From an uncultured bacterium (GTDB lineage Bacteria; Patescibacteriota; JABMPQ01; CAVVCK01), in NCBI GenBank assembly GCA_963746775.1, contig CAVVCK010000002.1, forward strand, positions 75,571 to 139,570: a stretch of 64,000 nt of DNA, given 5' to 3'. The notes below the pieces were generated by a model. It was not told the origin of the DNA, did no database searches, and saw nothing but the letters and a program-made list of their open reading frames with translations. The translations under genes and the position numbers were made by a program. Shown piece after piece: positions 32,081-40,789 of this stretch; position 1 is the first letter of the stretch, and each line of letters begins with the position of its first letter.

Positions 32081-33098
32081 TATCTATTATATCTCTAGAA
32101 AAATTATTAAAGTAATTCTTTAAAATTATACGATTAATTATATATTTCTTTCTTATTTTGCATCTTTTGACTATCATCCTGGGTAAATTTATTATAATAC
32201 TATAACATATTTTGAATAATAACTTCAAAAATCCTAATATTCCTTCCCTTCTTTTAAATTCTTTTACCGATTTATATTGATTCTTCTTAAAAACTTGCCC
32301 TAAACTCAAATATAAGTCTCCGAATAGAAAAGTAATTAAATAATACAAGCTAAAATATTTTATGGCAATAAAATAAGCATTTCTTTTGGTATAAAAAGCT
32401 TTAAATGAAGAACCAAAACCGGCTGTTTTAGAGTGTAAATGAATTAATTGTGATTTTGAATTATAAATACACTTATATCCGGCCAACCTTGTTCTAATTC
32501 CAAAATCTAAATCCTCCGCATAACAAAAATAATCTTCGTCAAATAAGCCTATTTTTTCTATAGCTTCCCTCTTATATAAGGCAGATACTCCGGAGGGAGC
32601 AAATATTTCTATTTCTTTATTGAATTTATCACTATCTTCATTGTATCCAATAGATATTCCACCCTCTTTAGAGCCATGAATATTCTTTTCTAAACTTAAT
32701 CCTATTGTTTGCACCTGTCCATCTGAAAATAACGCCTTACTGCTTACCATGCCTATTTTTTTATCTTTTTTGGCAGTTTTAATTAACTCCTCCAGCCAAT
32801 TATTATTTACAATAGTATCATTATTAAGTAAAACAATGTATTCTATGTTTTTGTTTTTTAATGATTCTTTAATGCCATAATTATTACCTCTAGCATAGCC
32901 TGTATTTGTTTTTAAATTTATTATTTTGGTTTCTGGAAAATTTGATTTTACAAATTCAACCGAATTATCTTCCGAACCATTATCAACTAAAATAACATCA
33001 AAATTACTGCATGTTTGATTATATACAGCCTCAAGACAGTTTTTTAAATATTTCTGACCATTCCAATTGACTATTATAATAGAGGCTTTTTTAGACAT
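32067..33098 (-). CDS. GT2 glycosyltransferase (rhamnosyltransferase-like)
   Basis: IVNWNG, LLNND, FDEDYFCYAEDLD. Confidence 0.88.
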   Translation of the reverse strand: MSKKASIIIVNWNGQKYLKNCLEAVYNQTCSNFDVILVDNGSEDNSVEFVKSNFPETKIINLKTNTGYARGNNYGIKESLKNKNIEYIVLLNNDTIVNNNWLEELIKTAKKDKKIGMVSSKALFSDGQVQTIGLSLEKNIHGSKEGGISIGYNEDSDKFNKEIEIFAPSGVSALYKREAIEKIGLFDEDYFCYAEDLDFGIRTRLAGYKCIYNSKSQLIHLHSKTAGFGSSFKAFYTKRNAYFIAIKYFSLYYLITFLFGDLYLSLGQVFKKNQYKSVKEFKRREGILGFLKLLFKICYSIIINLPRMIVKRCKIRKKYIINRIILKNYFNNFSRDIIDNENN

Positions 33099-33127
33099 GA
33101 TTTTATATTTTTCTTGTCCCTCTCAAT

Positions 33128-33630
33128 TAGTTCTCCCTCTTTGCAAAAGAGGGAGCTAGAGGGAGATTTTTATGATTGACGCTGAGGGTATGTATATTAT
33201 TGTAATCTAATTATTTAGTTTCTCTATAGATAACCTCTAATACACCGTTCTATATTTTCTAAAACATCTAAATTATTAAATCTTAATACCTTTAAATTTA
33301 AGGTTCTTTTTAGGAAATATTCTCTTTCTTTGTCTTTAACTATATTTTCTTCTTCATAATGCTGGCTGCCATCTACTTCTATTACTAATCTTTTGGTAGG
33401 ACAGTAGAAATCTACTACATATCTATCTAAAGGTTTTTGTCTATAGAATTGGACATTATTGATTTGTTTTCTTCTAATTCTAGCCCATAGTATTATTTCA
33501 GCTTCAGTCATAGTTTTTCTTAGCTTTCTGGCTATAGGCTTTATATACGGCTGATAATATTTTCTCATTTTATAGTATTGTTCATAAAAATCCCTCTCTA
33601 GCTCTCCCTTTTTTAAAAGGGAGAGGACTA
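33128..33630. mobile_element. DUF559 cassette bounded by ~48-bp imperfect inverted repeats, each with an internal hairpin
   Basis: 33128-33175 matches the reverse complement of 33582-33630 (CTCCC..GGGAG..GCTAGAG..GATTTTTATGA). Confidence 0.7.
33224..33568 (-). CDS. DUF559 (Vsr-like) endonuclease-domain protein; C-terminus frameshifted
   Basis: ARKLRK.MT.AE..LW, FYRQ, VDFYC, IEVDGSQH, VLRF. Confidence 0.85.
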   Translation of the reverse strand: MRKYYQPYIKPIARKLRKTMTEAEIILWARIRRKQINNVQFYRQKPLDRYVVDFYCPTKRLVIEVDGSQHYEEENIVKDKEREYFLKRTLNLKVLRFNNLDVLENIERCIRGYL

Positions 33631-33699
33631 TATTTATTTTGTCAGACTATATTTGTAATTTATTTGCGTCTATATAGCTAATTATATGCCATTGCAAAT

Positions 33700-34842
33700 T
33701 TATAACATACAATAATCTAAATACTTCCCCGCTATTTTCTTCATGTTAAATTCTTTTATTAACTCTACATTATTTTCTCTAATTTTTCTATATAATCCCC
33801 TATTTTCTTTTAATTCTAAAATCAATTTAGCAATTTCTCTATAATCATCATTATTTTCAATATACAAAGCATTTTGCCTATCGATTAAAAATGATCTCGG
33901 TCCGCCTGATTTGGTTGATATAATTGGCAGGCCACAATATAGCGCTTCTTGAAAATTTATGCCAAATCCTTCATGTTCTGAAGTACTAATAAATACATCC
34001 GAACAATCCAAATATTGATATTTTTTTCTCTCTGAAACAAATCCTAAAAATTTAACCCTATTATCTAAATTATATTTTTTATTTAATTTTTCTAAGCTTT
34101 CTTTTTCCGGTCCATCGCCTATTATTAATAATTTTATATTTTTATCTTCTATATTACTTAGAGCTTTAATTATTCTATCTATTCTTTTTCTTCTTATTAA
34201 GCGGCCCAATGATATTAAATAAAAAATATTTTCACTCAGGTCTAAATTTTTCCTGGAAACTTTTTTAAACTCATAAGGTTTATATCCAATAGGAATAATT
34301 TTTATTTCTTTTTTTATTTTATAATATTTTATTGCCTTATTTTTTACATCCTGAGAGTGGGCAATTATTTTATTAGCCCTATTCAATAGAAATTTTATAA
34401 TATTTTTAAATAATAAATTTTTATGCGGTTTTATTTTATAATTAGGATTATATATATCTCCACCATGAATATCTAATATATTTTTTATTCTAAATATTTT
34501 AGATAATAAATAACCTACAGGCCCAGTTGGAATTACAAAGTGAGTATTAATAAATTCATATTTATTTTCTCTACATAATTTATACCCTTTTATCAAGGCA
34601 CTAATATTATAAGTAAACATAGATAAAAATGTAGCGCTATTTTTATCTTTTCTATTTAATACTTTTACTCTAAAAATATTAATACTATCTTTGCTTTCAT
34701 ATTTTAATAAATTTTTATACTTAGAAGTAATAATATCAATTTTATAATCTAATTTGATCCATTCATTAATTAAATCCTGAATTACTCTTCCTCCTCCCCC
34801 ACCTAAAGGTGGGTATTCATAATTTAAAACTAATATTCTCAT
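33700..34842 (-). CDS. Glycosyltransferase family 4
   Basis: YEYPPLGGGGG, GRLIRRK, HEGFGINFQEA. Confidence 0.9.
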   Translation of the reverse strand: MRILVLNYEYPPLGGGGGRVIQDLINEWIKLDYKIDIITSKYKNLLKYESKDSINIFRVKVLNRKDKNSATFLSMFTYNISALIKGYKLCRENKYEFINTHFVIPTGPVGYLLSKIFRIKNILDIHGGDIYNPNYKIKPHKNLLFKNIIKFLLNRANKIIAHSQDVKNKAIKYYKIKKEIKIIPIGYKPYEFKKVSRKNLDLSENIFYLISLGRLIRRKRIDRIIKALSNIEDKNIKLLIIGDGPEKESLEKLNKKYNLDNRVKFLGFVSERKKYQYLDCSDVFISTSEHEGFGINFQEALYCGLPIISTKSGGPRSFLIDRQNALYIENNDDYREIAKLILELKENRGLYRKIRENNVELIKEFNMKKIAGKYLDYCML

Positions 34843-34870
34843 AAAAATATAATTTATTCTTCAAATATAA

Positions 34871-34952
34871 AATACCCCTTCAAAAAATATAAAGCAATTA
34901 AATAATTATACTTTCTAAAGGGGTATTAGGAGACTCGTGGAAACGAATCTCC
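34871..34952 (-). terminator. Hairpins downstream of the lipoprotein gene (second copy at ~36595-36676)
   Basis: GGAGACTCGT-GGAA-ACGAATCTCC; AATACCCCTT...AAGGGGTATT. Confidence 0.55.
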
Positions 34953-36146
34953 CTATTCAAGGTAGGAGTTGTAGATATCATGAACCTCGTCCTCGGAGAG
35001 AGGGCGAGGGTAGAAAGAAATTTGAGATAGCTCACCGTTAAATGATGAGCCACCAGGATTACTGAGGGGGCACCAACCCTTTCCTATCCGAACAGGGCGG
35101 TCCGGAATGTCTATTTCTCCAGCAACATGATCCACCCTGTCCAATCTCCCGTTGACATATATTTGCACCCCTGTATTTGATCTTACCACTGTGTAGTAGT
35201 ATCTACCCACTCCACAGATGGAAGATCCCACCCATTCTTGAGAGATGCCGTCAACACTATACGTAAATATCAGACAATTCCCCCCCAAATTGTGGCGGAG
35301 TACTTCCCAACTGAAGTTCTCAGTTGAAAGACACGCCCTCCCACGACCGATAATGATTTCTGTATTTTCATTAATTTCTTCTCTGATTGTGACCCAGAAC
35401 GCCACGGAAAACTCCGTGACATCCACGAGATCCGGCCGATTCCCAGCCGATTCTTCGGTATAGACCTCGGAATAGGCCCCTCCCTCGAATGAGAGGGCTC
35501 CGTCCGAGGCCTCGGCCCCATAATTGTACGAATGGTTGTAGCCACTCGTAGAATATAATACTTCTCCATCATCCATAAGGGATGACGCTCCAATATAGCA
35601 GAACCCAAGGCCGTTCTCAACGACCTCGTCACAGTCGTTGTCGATGCCGTCGCATATTTCGAGCGCACCCGGATAGACGTAGGGGTCGCTGTCATCGCAG
35701 TCGCCGTCACAGACCATGTAGCCGTTGCCGTCGCTGTCGAGCTCTTCCTCGGGAATCCCGTCGCAGTCGTCGTCCACGCCATTGCAGATCTCCTCGGCAT
35801 CGGGGTTGATGGTCGGGTCGGTATCGTCGCAGTCTTCCGCAACGAGCACCCACCCGCCTTTCTCCCCGCAGGGGTCCTCCTCTGACAGGGCCGGATTCCC
35901 CCAGCCATCGCCGTCCGCATCGCGGTAGAAGGTGCAGAGCACCTCCTCGTCGCCATCGCCATCGCCATCGATGTCACCATCACCATCACCATCGATGTCA
36001 CCATCACCATCACCATCGATGTCACCATCACCATCACTATCGATGTCACCATCACCATCACTATCGCCGACATCATCGATCGGGCGCAGCACAATACCGC
36101 ACCCAGTTACAAACAAGCACGCCAATACCAAAATCAAACCCTTCAT
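34953..36146 (-). CDS. Lipoprotein with Asp-Gly repeats, two MopE-like (putative metal-binding) repeats and a LamG-like domain; copy 1
   Basis: RBS GAGGAGG before ATG 36146; lipobox VTG-C; DCDDTDPTINPDAEEICNGVDDDCDG; FSVAFWV..IYVNG..FNGELSQISFYPRPLS. Confidence 0.85.
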   Translation of the reverse strand: MKGLILVLACLFVTGCGIVLRPIDDVGDSDGDGDIDSDGDGDIDGDGDGDIDGDGDGDIDGDGDGDEEVLCTFYRDADGDGWGNPALSEEDPCGEKGGWVLVAEDCDDTDPTINPDAEEICNGVDDDCDGIPEEELDSDGNGYMVCDGDCDDSDPYVYPGALEICDGIDNDCDEVVENGLGFCYIGASSLMDDGEVLYSTSGYNHSYNYGAEASDGALSFEGGAYSEVYTEESAGNRPDLVDVTEFSVAFWVTIREEINENTEIIIGRGRACLSTENFSWEVLRHNLGGNCLIFTYSVDGISQEWVGSSICGVGRYYYTVVRSNTGVQIYVNGRLDRVDHVAGEIDIPDRPVRIGKGWCPLSNPGGSSFNGELSQISFYPRPLSEDEVHDIYNSYLE

Positions 36147-36384
36147 CTCTTCCTCCTCAGGAGCCAACCATTGGCCCCGTCATTATTTTCACCTATTTAA
36201 ATAAATTCTACATTTATCCACTTCTTAATATAAGTAATAATAAAAACAGGGCCAAAACAAGAATAGCAAGACTGATTTTTAAACACGTGGGTATATTCGA
36301 TTCTTGGGGTATATTGTCATCTTAATTTATTTCCTACCTAATTTAAAAAGAACTTACCAAAACACATAATTCCTTCTATGTCAA

Positions 36385-36413
36385 ATAATAGAGAAAATAC
36401 TCTAAAATGTCAA
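36385..36413 (-). promoter_or_regulatory. sigma70 promoter for lipoprotein copy 1
   Basis: TTGACA-17-TATTAT on the minus strand. Confidence 0.7.
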
Positions 36414-36430
36414 GCTTTAGTGATATATAT

Positions 36431-36565
36431 TTATTTTTTTAAAAAAGAGGTAATAATATCAATTTCATATCCTAACTTATCCCATTCATTAATTAAATCC
36501 TGAGTTACTCTTCCTCCTCCCCCACCTAAAGGTGGGTATTCATAATTTAATACTAATATCCGCAT
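36431..36565 (-). pseudogene. Truncated, slightly diverged copy of the GT4 (33700-34842) N-terminus
   Basis: MRILVLNYEYPPLGGGGGRVTQDLINEWDKLGYEIDIITS, then stop at the duplication junction. Confidence 0.85.
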
Positions 36566-36676
36566 AAAAAATATAATTTATTCTTCAAATATAAAATACC
36601 CCTTCAAAAAATATAAAGCAATTAAATAATTATACTTTCTAAAGGGGTATTAGGAGACTCGTGGAAACGAATCTCC

Positions 36677-37858
36677 CTATTCAAGGTAGGAGTTGTAGAT
36701 ATCATGAACCTCGTCCTCGGAGAGAGGGCGAGGGTAGAAAGAAATATTGGAGAGTTCGCCATTAAAGGACGAACCGCCAGGACTATCAATGGGGCACCAC
36801 CCTTTTCCTATCCGAATATTACGGTCAGGAGGAATAGGTATTTCTCCTACATAGGTGGTTTCCTCGACCTCCAGGATGCCGTTGACGTACACCCTCACGG
36901 CAGTCTCTGCCTCCGTGACTGCGATATGGTATCTCCCTGCTCTGCAAACGGAAGACACCAACCAATTCAGATTTTCTCCATCAATGCTATAGGCAAAGAC
37001 TAAGCAATGCCCATCTACATTGTGACGCAATATCTCCCAGGCAAGTCTCCCTGCGAGACACGCCCTCCCACGACCGATAATGATTTCTGTATTATCATTC
37101 ACATCTTCTATAAGTGTCACCCAAAACGCCACCGTAAACTCGGTGACGTCCACGAGATCCGGCCGATTCCCAGCCGATTCTTCGGTATAGACCTCGGAAT
37201 AGGCCCCTCCCTCGAATGAGAGGGCTCCGTCCGAGGCCTCGGCCCCATAATTGTACGAATGGTTGTAGCCACTCGTAGAATATAATACTTCTCCATCATC
37301 CATAAGGGATGACGCTCCAATATAGCAGAACCCAAGGCCGTTCTCAACGACCTCGTCACAGTCGTTGTCGATGCCGTCGCATATTTCGAGCGCACCCGGA
37401 TAGACGTAGGGGTCGCTGTCATCGCAGTCGCCGTCACAGACCATGTAGCCGTTGCCGTCGCTGTCGAGCTCTTCCTCGGGAATCCCGTCGCAGTCGTCGT
37501 CCACGCCATTGCAGATCTCCTCGGCATCGGGGTTGATGGTCGGGTCGGTATCGTCGCAGTCTTCCGCAACGAGCACCCACCCGCCTTTCTCCCCGCAGGG
37601 GTCCTCCTCTGACAGGGCCGGATTCCCCCAGCCATCGCCGTCCGCATCGCGGTAGAAGGTGCAGAGCACCTCCTCGTCGCCATCGCCATCGCCATCGATG
37701 TCACCATCACCATCACCATCGATGTCACCATCACCATCGCTATCGGTATCACCATCACTGTCAGCGTCTCCATCACTGTCAGTGTCGATCGGGTGCAGCG
37801 CAAGGCCGCACCCAGTTACCAACAAGACCACCAAAGCCACCAGAATTAGGTTCTTCAT
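36677..37858 (-). CDS. Lipoprotein with Asp-Gly repeats, MopE-like repeats and LamG-like domain; copy 2
   Basis: RBS AAGGAG, MKNLILVALVVLLVTG-C; same architecture as copy 1. Confidence 0.85.
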   Translation of the reverse strand: MKNLILVALVVLLVTGCGLALHPIDTDSDGDADSDGDTDSDGDGDIDGDGDGDIDGDGDGDEEVLCTFYRDADGDGWGNPALSEEDPCGEKGGWVLVAEDCDDTDPTINPDAEEICNGVDDDCDGIPEEELDSDGNGYMVCDGDCDDSDPYVYPGALEICDGIDNDCDEVVENGLGFCYIGASSLMDDGEVLYSTSGYNHSYNYGAEASDGALSFEGGAYSEVYTEESAGNRPDLVDVTEFTVAFWVTLIEDVNDNTEIIIGRGRACLAGRLAWEILRHNVDGHCLVFAYSIDGENLNWLVSSVCRAGRYHIAVTEAETAVRVYVNGILEVEETTYVGEIPIPPDRNIRIGKGWCPIDSPGGSSFNGELSNISFYPRPLSEDEVHDIYNSYLE

Positions 37859-38098
37859 CTCGTTCTCCTTCATGAGGCCAACCATTGGCCCCGTCATTAT
37901 TTTTACCTATTTAAATAAATTCTACATTTATCCACTTCTTAATATAAGTAATAATAAAAACAGGGCCAAAATAAGAATAGCAAGACTGATTTTTAAACAC
38001 GTGGGTATATTCGATTCTTGGGGTATATTGTCATCTTAATTTATTTCCTACCTAATTTAAAAAGAACTTACCAAAACACATAATTCCTTCTATGTCAA

Positions 38099-38127
38099 AT
38101 AATAGAGAAAATACTCTAAAATGTCAA
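38099..38127 (-). promoter_or_regulatory. sigma70 promoter for lipoprotein copy 2
   Basis: Identical TTGACA-17-TATTAT. Confidence 0.7.
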
Positions 38128-38331
38128 GCTTTAGTGATATATATTTATTTTTTTAAAAAATATGAATAATCAGTCTAAATTATACTCTGCTTAAATTTTC
38201 ATAGCTATTTTATTGAAATAATTTCTTTTACCCTTGTTTTTATCTAAATTAAGATAAAAAATAGATTATTTAAAAATAAAAAGCTTAATAAATATCCCTA
38301 TTAAGCTTTTTATACTAGTTATAAATACATT

Positions 38332-38420
38332 CGGAAGCGGGAGGATTCGAACCTCCGATCGCCTAAAAAGACGACAGCAGTTTTCGAGACTGCCCCATTC
38401 AACCACTCTGGCACGCTTCC
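38332..38420 (-). tRNA. tRNA-Ser(CGA), long variable arm, CCA not encoded
   Basis: GGAAGCG acceptor stem; GCAGT-CTCGAAA-ACTGC anticodon arm; GGAGG-TTCGAAT-CCTCC T arm. Confidence 0.95.
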
Positions 38421-38449
38421 AAAACCATAAAAACACAAGAACATAAAAA

Positions 38450-38676
38450 TCCACCTCTTTGGCGGATCCGCCGTTAGAGGCGGACAAAATAACAAAAATT
38501 ACAAATACACATTATTTACAATAATTTAGCTATTCACCAAGTTAACAATTTATTCAATTGACCAGTTTTAAAATTATTGTTAATATCATCTTAATTCTAT
38601 TAAAGCTATTATATCTTTAACTATTTAACAATTCAACTATTTCCGCCTCTAACGGCAGATCCGCCGTTAGAGGCGA
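38450..38676. repeat. Two ~35-bp GC-rich palindromes (38450-38484, 38642-38676)
   Basis: TCCGCCTCTAACGGC.GATC.GCCGTTAGAGGCG consensus. Confidence 0.8.
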
Positions 38677-38690
38677 ATAACATAAAATCT

Positions 38691-38828
38691 ATGCCCAAGA
38701 GAACTTATCAACCAAAAAAAAGAAAAAGAAAAAAAACCCACGGCTTTCGCAAAAGAATGAGAACTAAAGATGGACAAAATGTCTTAAAAAGAAGAAGAGC
38801 TAAAAAAAGAAAGAAATTGACTGTTTAG
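38691..38828 (+). CDS. rpmH: 50S ribosomal protein L34
   Basis: [45 protein letters not shown] (below the ORF-track cutoff). Confidence 0.97.
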   Translation: MPKRTYQPKKRKRKKTHGFRKRMRTKDGQNVLKRRRAKKRKKLTV

Positions 38829-38836
38829 TTTTTTAT

Positions 38837-39178
38837 ATGCTACCTAAAATAAATAGGTTAACTAAAGAAAGGGATTTTAATCAAATTCATAAGTTTGGAA
38901 TATTTGTTGGTGAAAATTTTTTAGCTATAAAGTTCAAAAAAAACAATTTAGATATATCTCGTTTTGGTTTTCTGGTTGGCACTAAAATTTCTAAAAAAGC
39001 AGTTCAAAGAAACTTAATCAAAAGAAGGCTCAGAGAATCAGTTAAATCAAAGCTTAATAAAATCAAACCAGGATATGATATTGTTTTTTTTACCAAACCA
39101 GAGATCGTGAATAAAAGTTATAGCGAAATTAATAAAGCAGTGGAGAATGTATTTGGTAGAAGTAAATTGATTGTATAA
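38837..39178 (+). CDS. rnpA: Ribonuclease P protein component
   Basis: KKAVQRNLIKRRLRE motif; follows rpmH. Confidence 0.95.
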   Translation: MLPKINRLTKERDFNQIHKFGIFVGENFLAIKFKKNNLDISRFGFLVGTKISKKAVQRNLIKRRLRESVKSKLNKIKPGYDIVFFTKPEIVNKSYSEINKAVENVFGRSKLIV

Positions 39179-39241
39179 TAATTTCTAATTTCCCATGCCT
39201 CTTCGACAGGTCAGCCGAAGAGGCTGATAACAAAAATCATA

Positions 39242-39616
39242 ATGACCAAAGGAGGAAAAATTTATGATTTAGAAGAGCGAACCGCAAAATTTGGTGAAAA
39301 TATTATAGAGTTATCTAAGGTAATTATCAGAGACACTATTACTCTTCCCCTAATAAATCAATTAATAAAATCAGGTACATGTGTAGGTGCTAATTATTGT
39401 GAAGCAGATTGTACCGAATCTAGAAAAGATTTTGAACACAAACTAAGTATATGTAAAAAAGAAGCTAGGGAAACTAAACATTGGTTAAGAATGATTGCTA
39501 AAGCAAATCCAAGCATCAAAGACAAAGCTAAAGTATTATAGAAAGAATCTAAAGAATTACAATTAATTTTTATTGCTATAATAAATAAATCCAAGACTAA
39601 TGAAATAAAAAAGTAA
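39242..39616 (+). pseudogene. Four-helix-bundle (23S IVP-like) protein interrupted by an in-frame TAG at 39539-39541
   Basis: DLEERT, QLIKSGTCVGANYCEA, KKEARETKHWL; the frame continues KESKELQLIFIAII to TAA 39616. Confidence 0.8.
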
Positions 39617-39675
39617 TTTAGCATTAGAAATTAAACATTTTATTAGATATTGGAAATTGGATATTAGTTATTAAA

Positions 39676-39942
39676 ATGATGTATTATCTTCGCCTACCAT
39701 TACTATTTATAATTCGTCTTTACCAAAAAACCCTCTCCCCCGACCACGGTCTTCTTTCTTATTTTATTCCCCATGGCACATGCAAATTCCGACCCACCTG
39801 TTCCGAATATAGCTATCAAGCCATTAAAAAGTATGGTATTTTAAAAGGAGGATTATTAGGTATAAAAAGAATTTTTAGATGCCATCCTTGGAGTCAAGGA
39901 GGATATGATCCTATCCCCAATAACAAAGATGCAAATTTCTAA
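39676..39942 (+). CDS. yidD: Membrane protein insertion efficiency factor
   Basis: [22 protein letters not shown]. Confidence 0.95.
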   Translation: MMYYLRLPLLFIIRLYQKTLSPDHGLLSYFIPHGTCKFRPTCSEYSYQAIKKYGILKGGLLGIKRIFRCHPWSQGGYDPIPNNKDANF

Positions 39943-40010
39943 TTTCCAACAAAAATCCAAATGACAAATGTATTAAAAATTTAGACATTAAAACTATTAA
40001 TTAAATAAAC

Positions 40011-40745
40011 ATGAGTCAGATATACAACATTATTCTCTTCCAGCCATTATTGAATCTTCTTGTCTTTCTTTATAATAATATTGGTGATCTTGGTATCGCT
40101 ATCATAATAATTACTATCCTTATTCGTCTGATATTATTATACCCTTCTTATAAAGCCTTAAAATCACAAAGAGCTCTTCAAGAATTACAGCCTAAAATAA
40201 AAGATTTACAGAAAAAACATAAAGACAATAAAGAAGATCAAACTAAGGCTTTAATGGAATTTTACAAGGAAAATAAAGTTAATCCTTTTTCTTCCTGCTT
40301 GCCCATGTTAATTCAGCTGCCCATTATCTTTGCTCTATACCGTGTCTTTAGAACAGGCTTATCAGAAATAAATACTGATTATTTATACCCTTTCATAAAA
40401 GCACCTGAACATATTAATACTTTATTTCTTGGTTTTCTAAATTTAAATGATACCAATATATTTTTAGCAGTCTTGGCTGGTGTCCTACAATTCATTCAGT
40501 CTAAAATGATGTTAGCTAAAACAAAAAATAAAAATCAAGCTAAAGAAAAAGCACCTCAGGGACTAGGCGATATGTCTGGTATGTTGGGCAAGCAAATGAC
40601 TTATTTAATGCCAGCTATGACCGTCTTTATAGCTATGAGCCTACCCTCTGGCTTGGCCTTATACTGGGTTACTACTACCCTATTTGCAATCGCTCAACAG
40701 TATGTTATAATGCGTCCTCAAGCAAAAAATACAGACAAAAAATAA
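40011..40745 (+). CDS. yidC: Membrane insertase YidC (short form)
   Basis: NPFSSCLPMLIQLP, PSGLALYW. Confidence 0.95.
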   Translation: MSQIYNIILFQPLLNLLVFLYNNIGDLGIAIIIITILIRLILLYPSYKALKSQRALQELQPKIKDLQKKHKDNKEDQTKALMEFYKENKVNPFSSCLPMLIQLPIIFALYRVFRTGLSEINTDYLYPFIKAPEHINTLFLGFLNLNDTNIFLAVLAGVLQFIQSKMMLAKTKNKNQAKEKAPQGLGDMSGMLGKQMTYLMPAMTVFIAMSLPSGLALYWVTTTLFAIAQQYVIMRPQAKNTDKK

Positions 40746-40789
40746 ACGTTGTCGGATTTCTTCCCTGAATATTAATTAGCTTAAAATAT

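Larger units (their letters stand above)
34723..38160. repeat. Tandem duplication, units ~34723-36446 and ~36446-38160, with mosaic identity
   Basis: Flanks and gene core essentially identical; signal-peptide region and most of the LamG domain diverged. Confidence 0.92.

Noticed and set aside
35951-36070. 24-bp tandem repeats as a CRISPR array
   Set aside because: No unique spacers; they encode the DGDGDGDI linker; no cas genes
36230-36325. Hydrophobic mini-peptide (…LKISLAILVLALFLLLLILRSG) in the lipoprotein leader
   Set aside because: No in-frame start codon after the upstream stop; may be an AT-rich artefact
34953-37897. Diversity-generating retroelement (TR/VR pair) explaining the two lipoprotein alleles
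   Set aside because: No reverse transcriptase in the window; differences include all base types, synonymous changes and indels, and both copies are full genes
35245-38039. Alternative-frame ORFs (e.g. 35270-36094, 37117-37803, 35932-36204, 37659-38039)
   Set aside because: Shadows of the GC-rich, repeat-containing lipoprotein genes
38160-38332. Integrase-type island at the tRNA-Ser 3' end
   Set aside because: No integrase and no duplicated tRNA 3' end (att site) seen in the window
38266-38487. 73-aa ORF MSASNGG...
   Set aside because: Overlaps tRNA-Ser and a palindrome; spurious
38490-38690. oriC next to rpmH
   Set aside because: No dnaA upstream and no cluster of TTATCCACA boxes here
39539-39541. 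Genome-wide stop-codon reassignment
   Set aside because: TAG properly terminates rpmH and other genes, and conserved genes are intact under code 11; a local nonsense change is simpler
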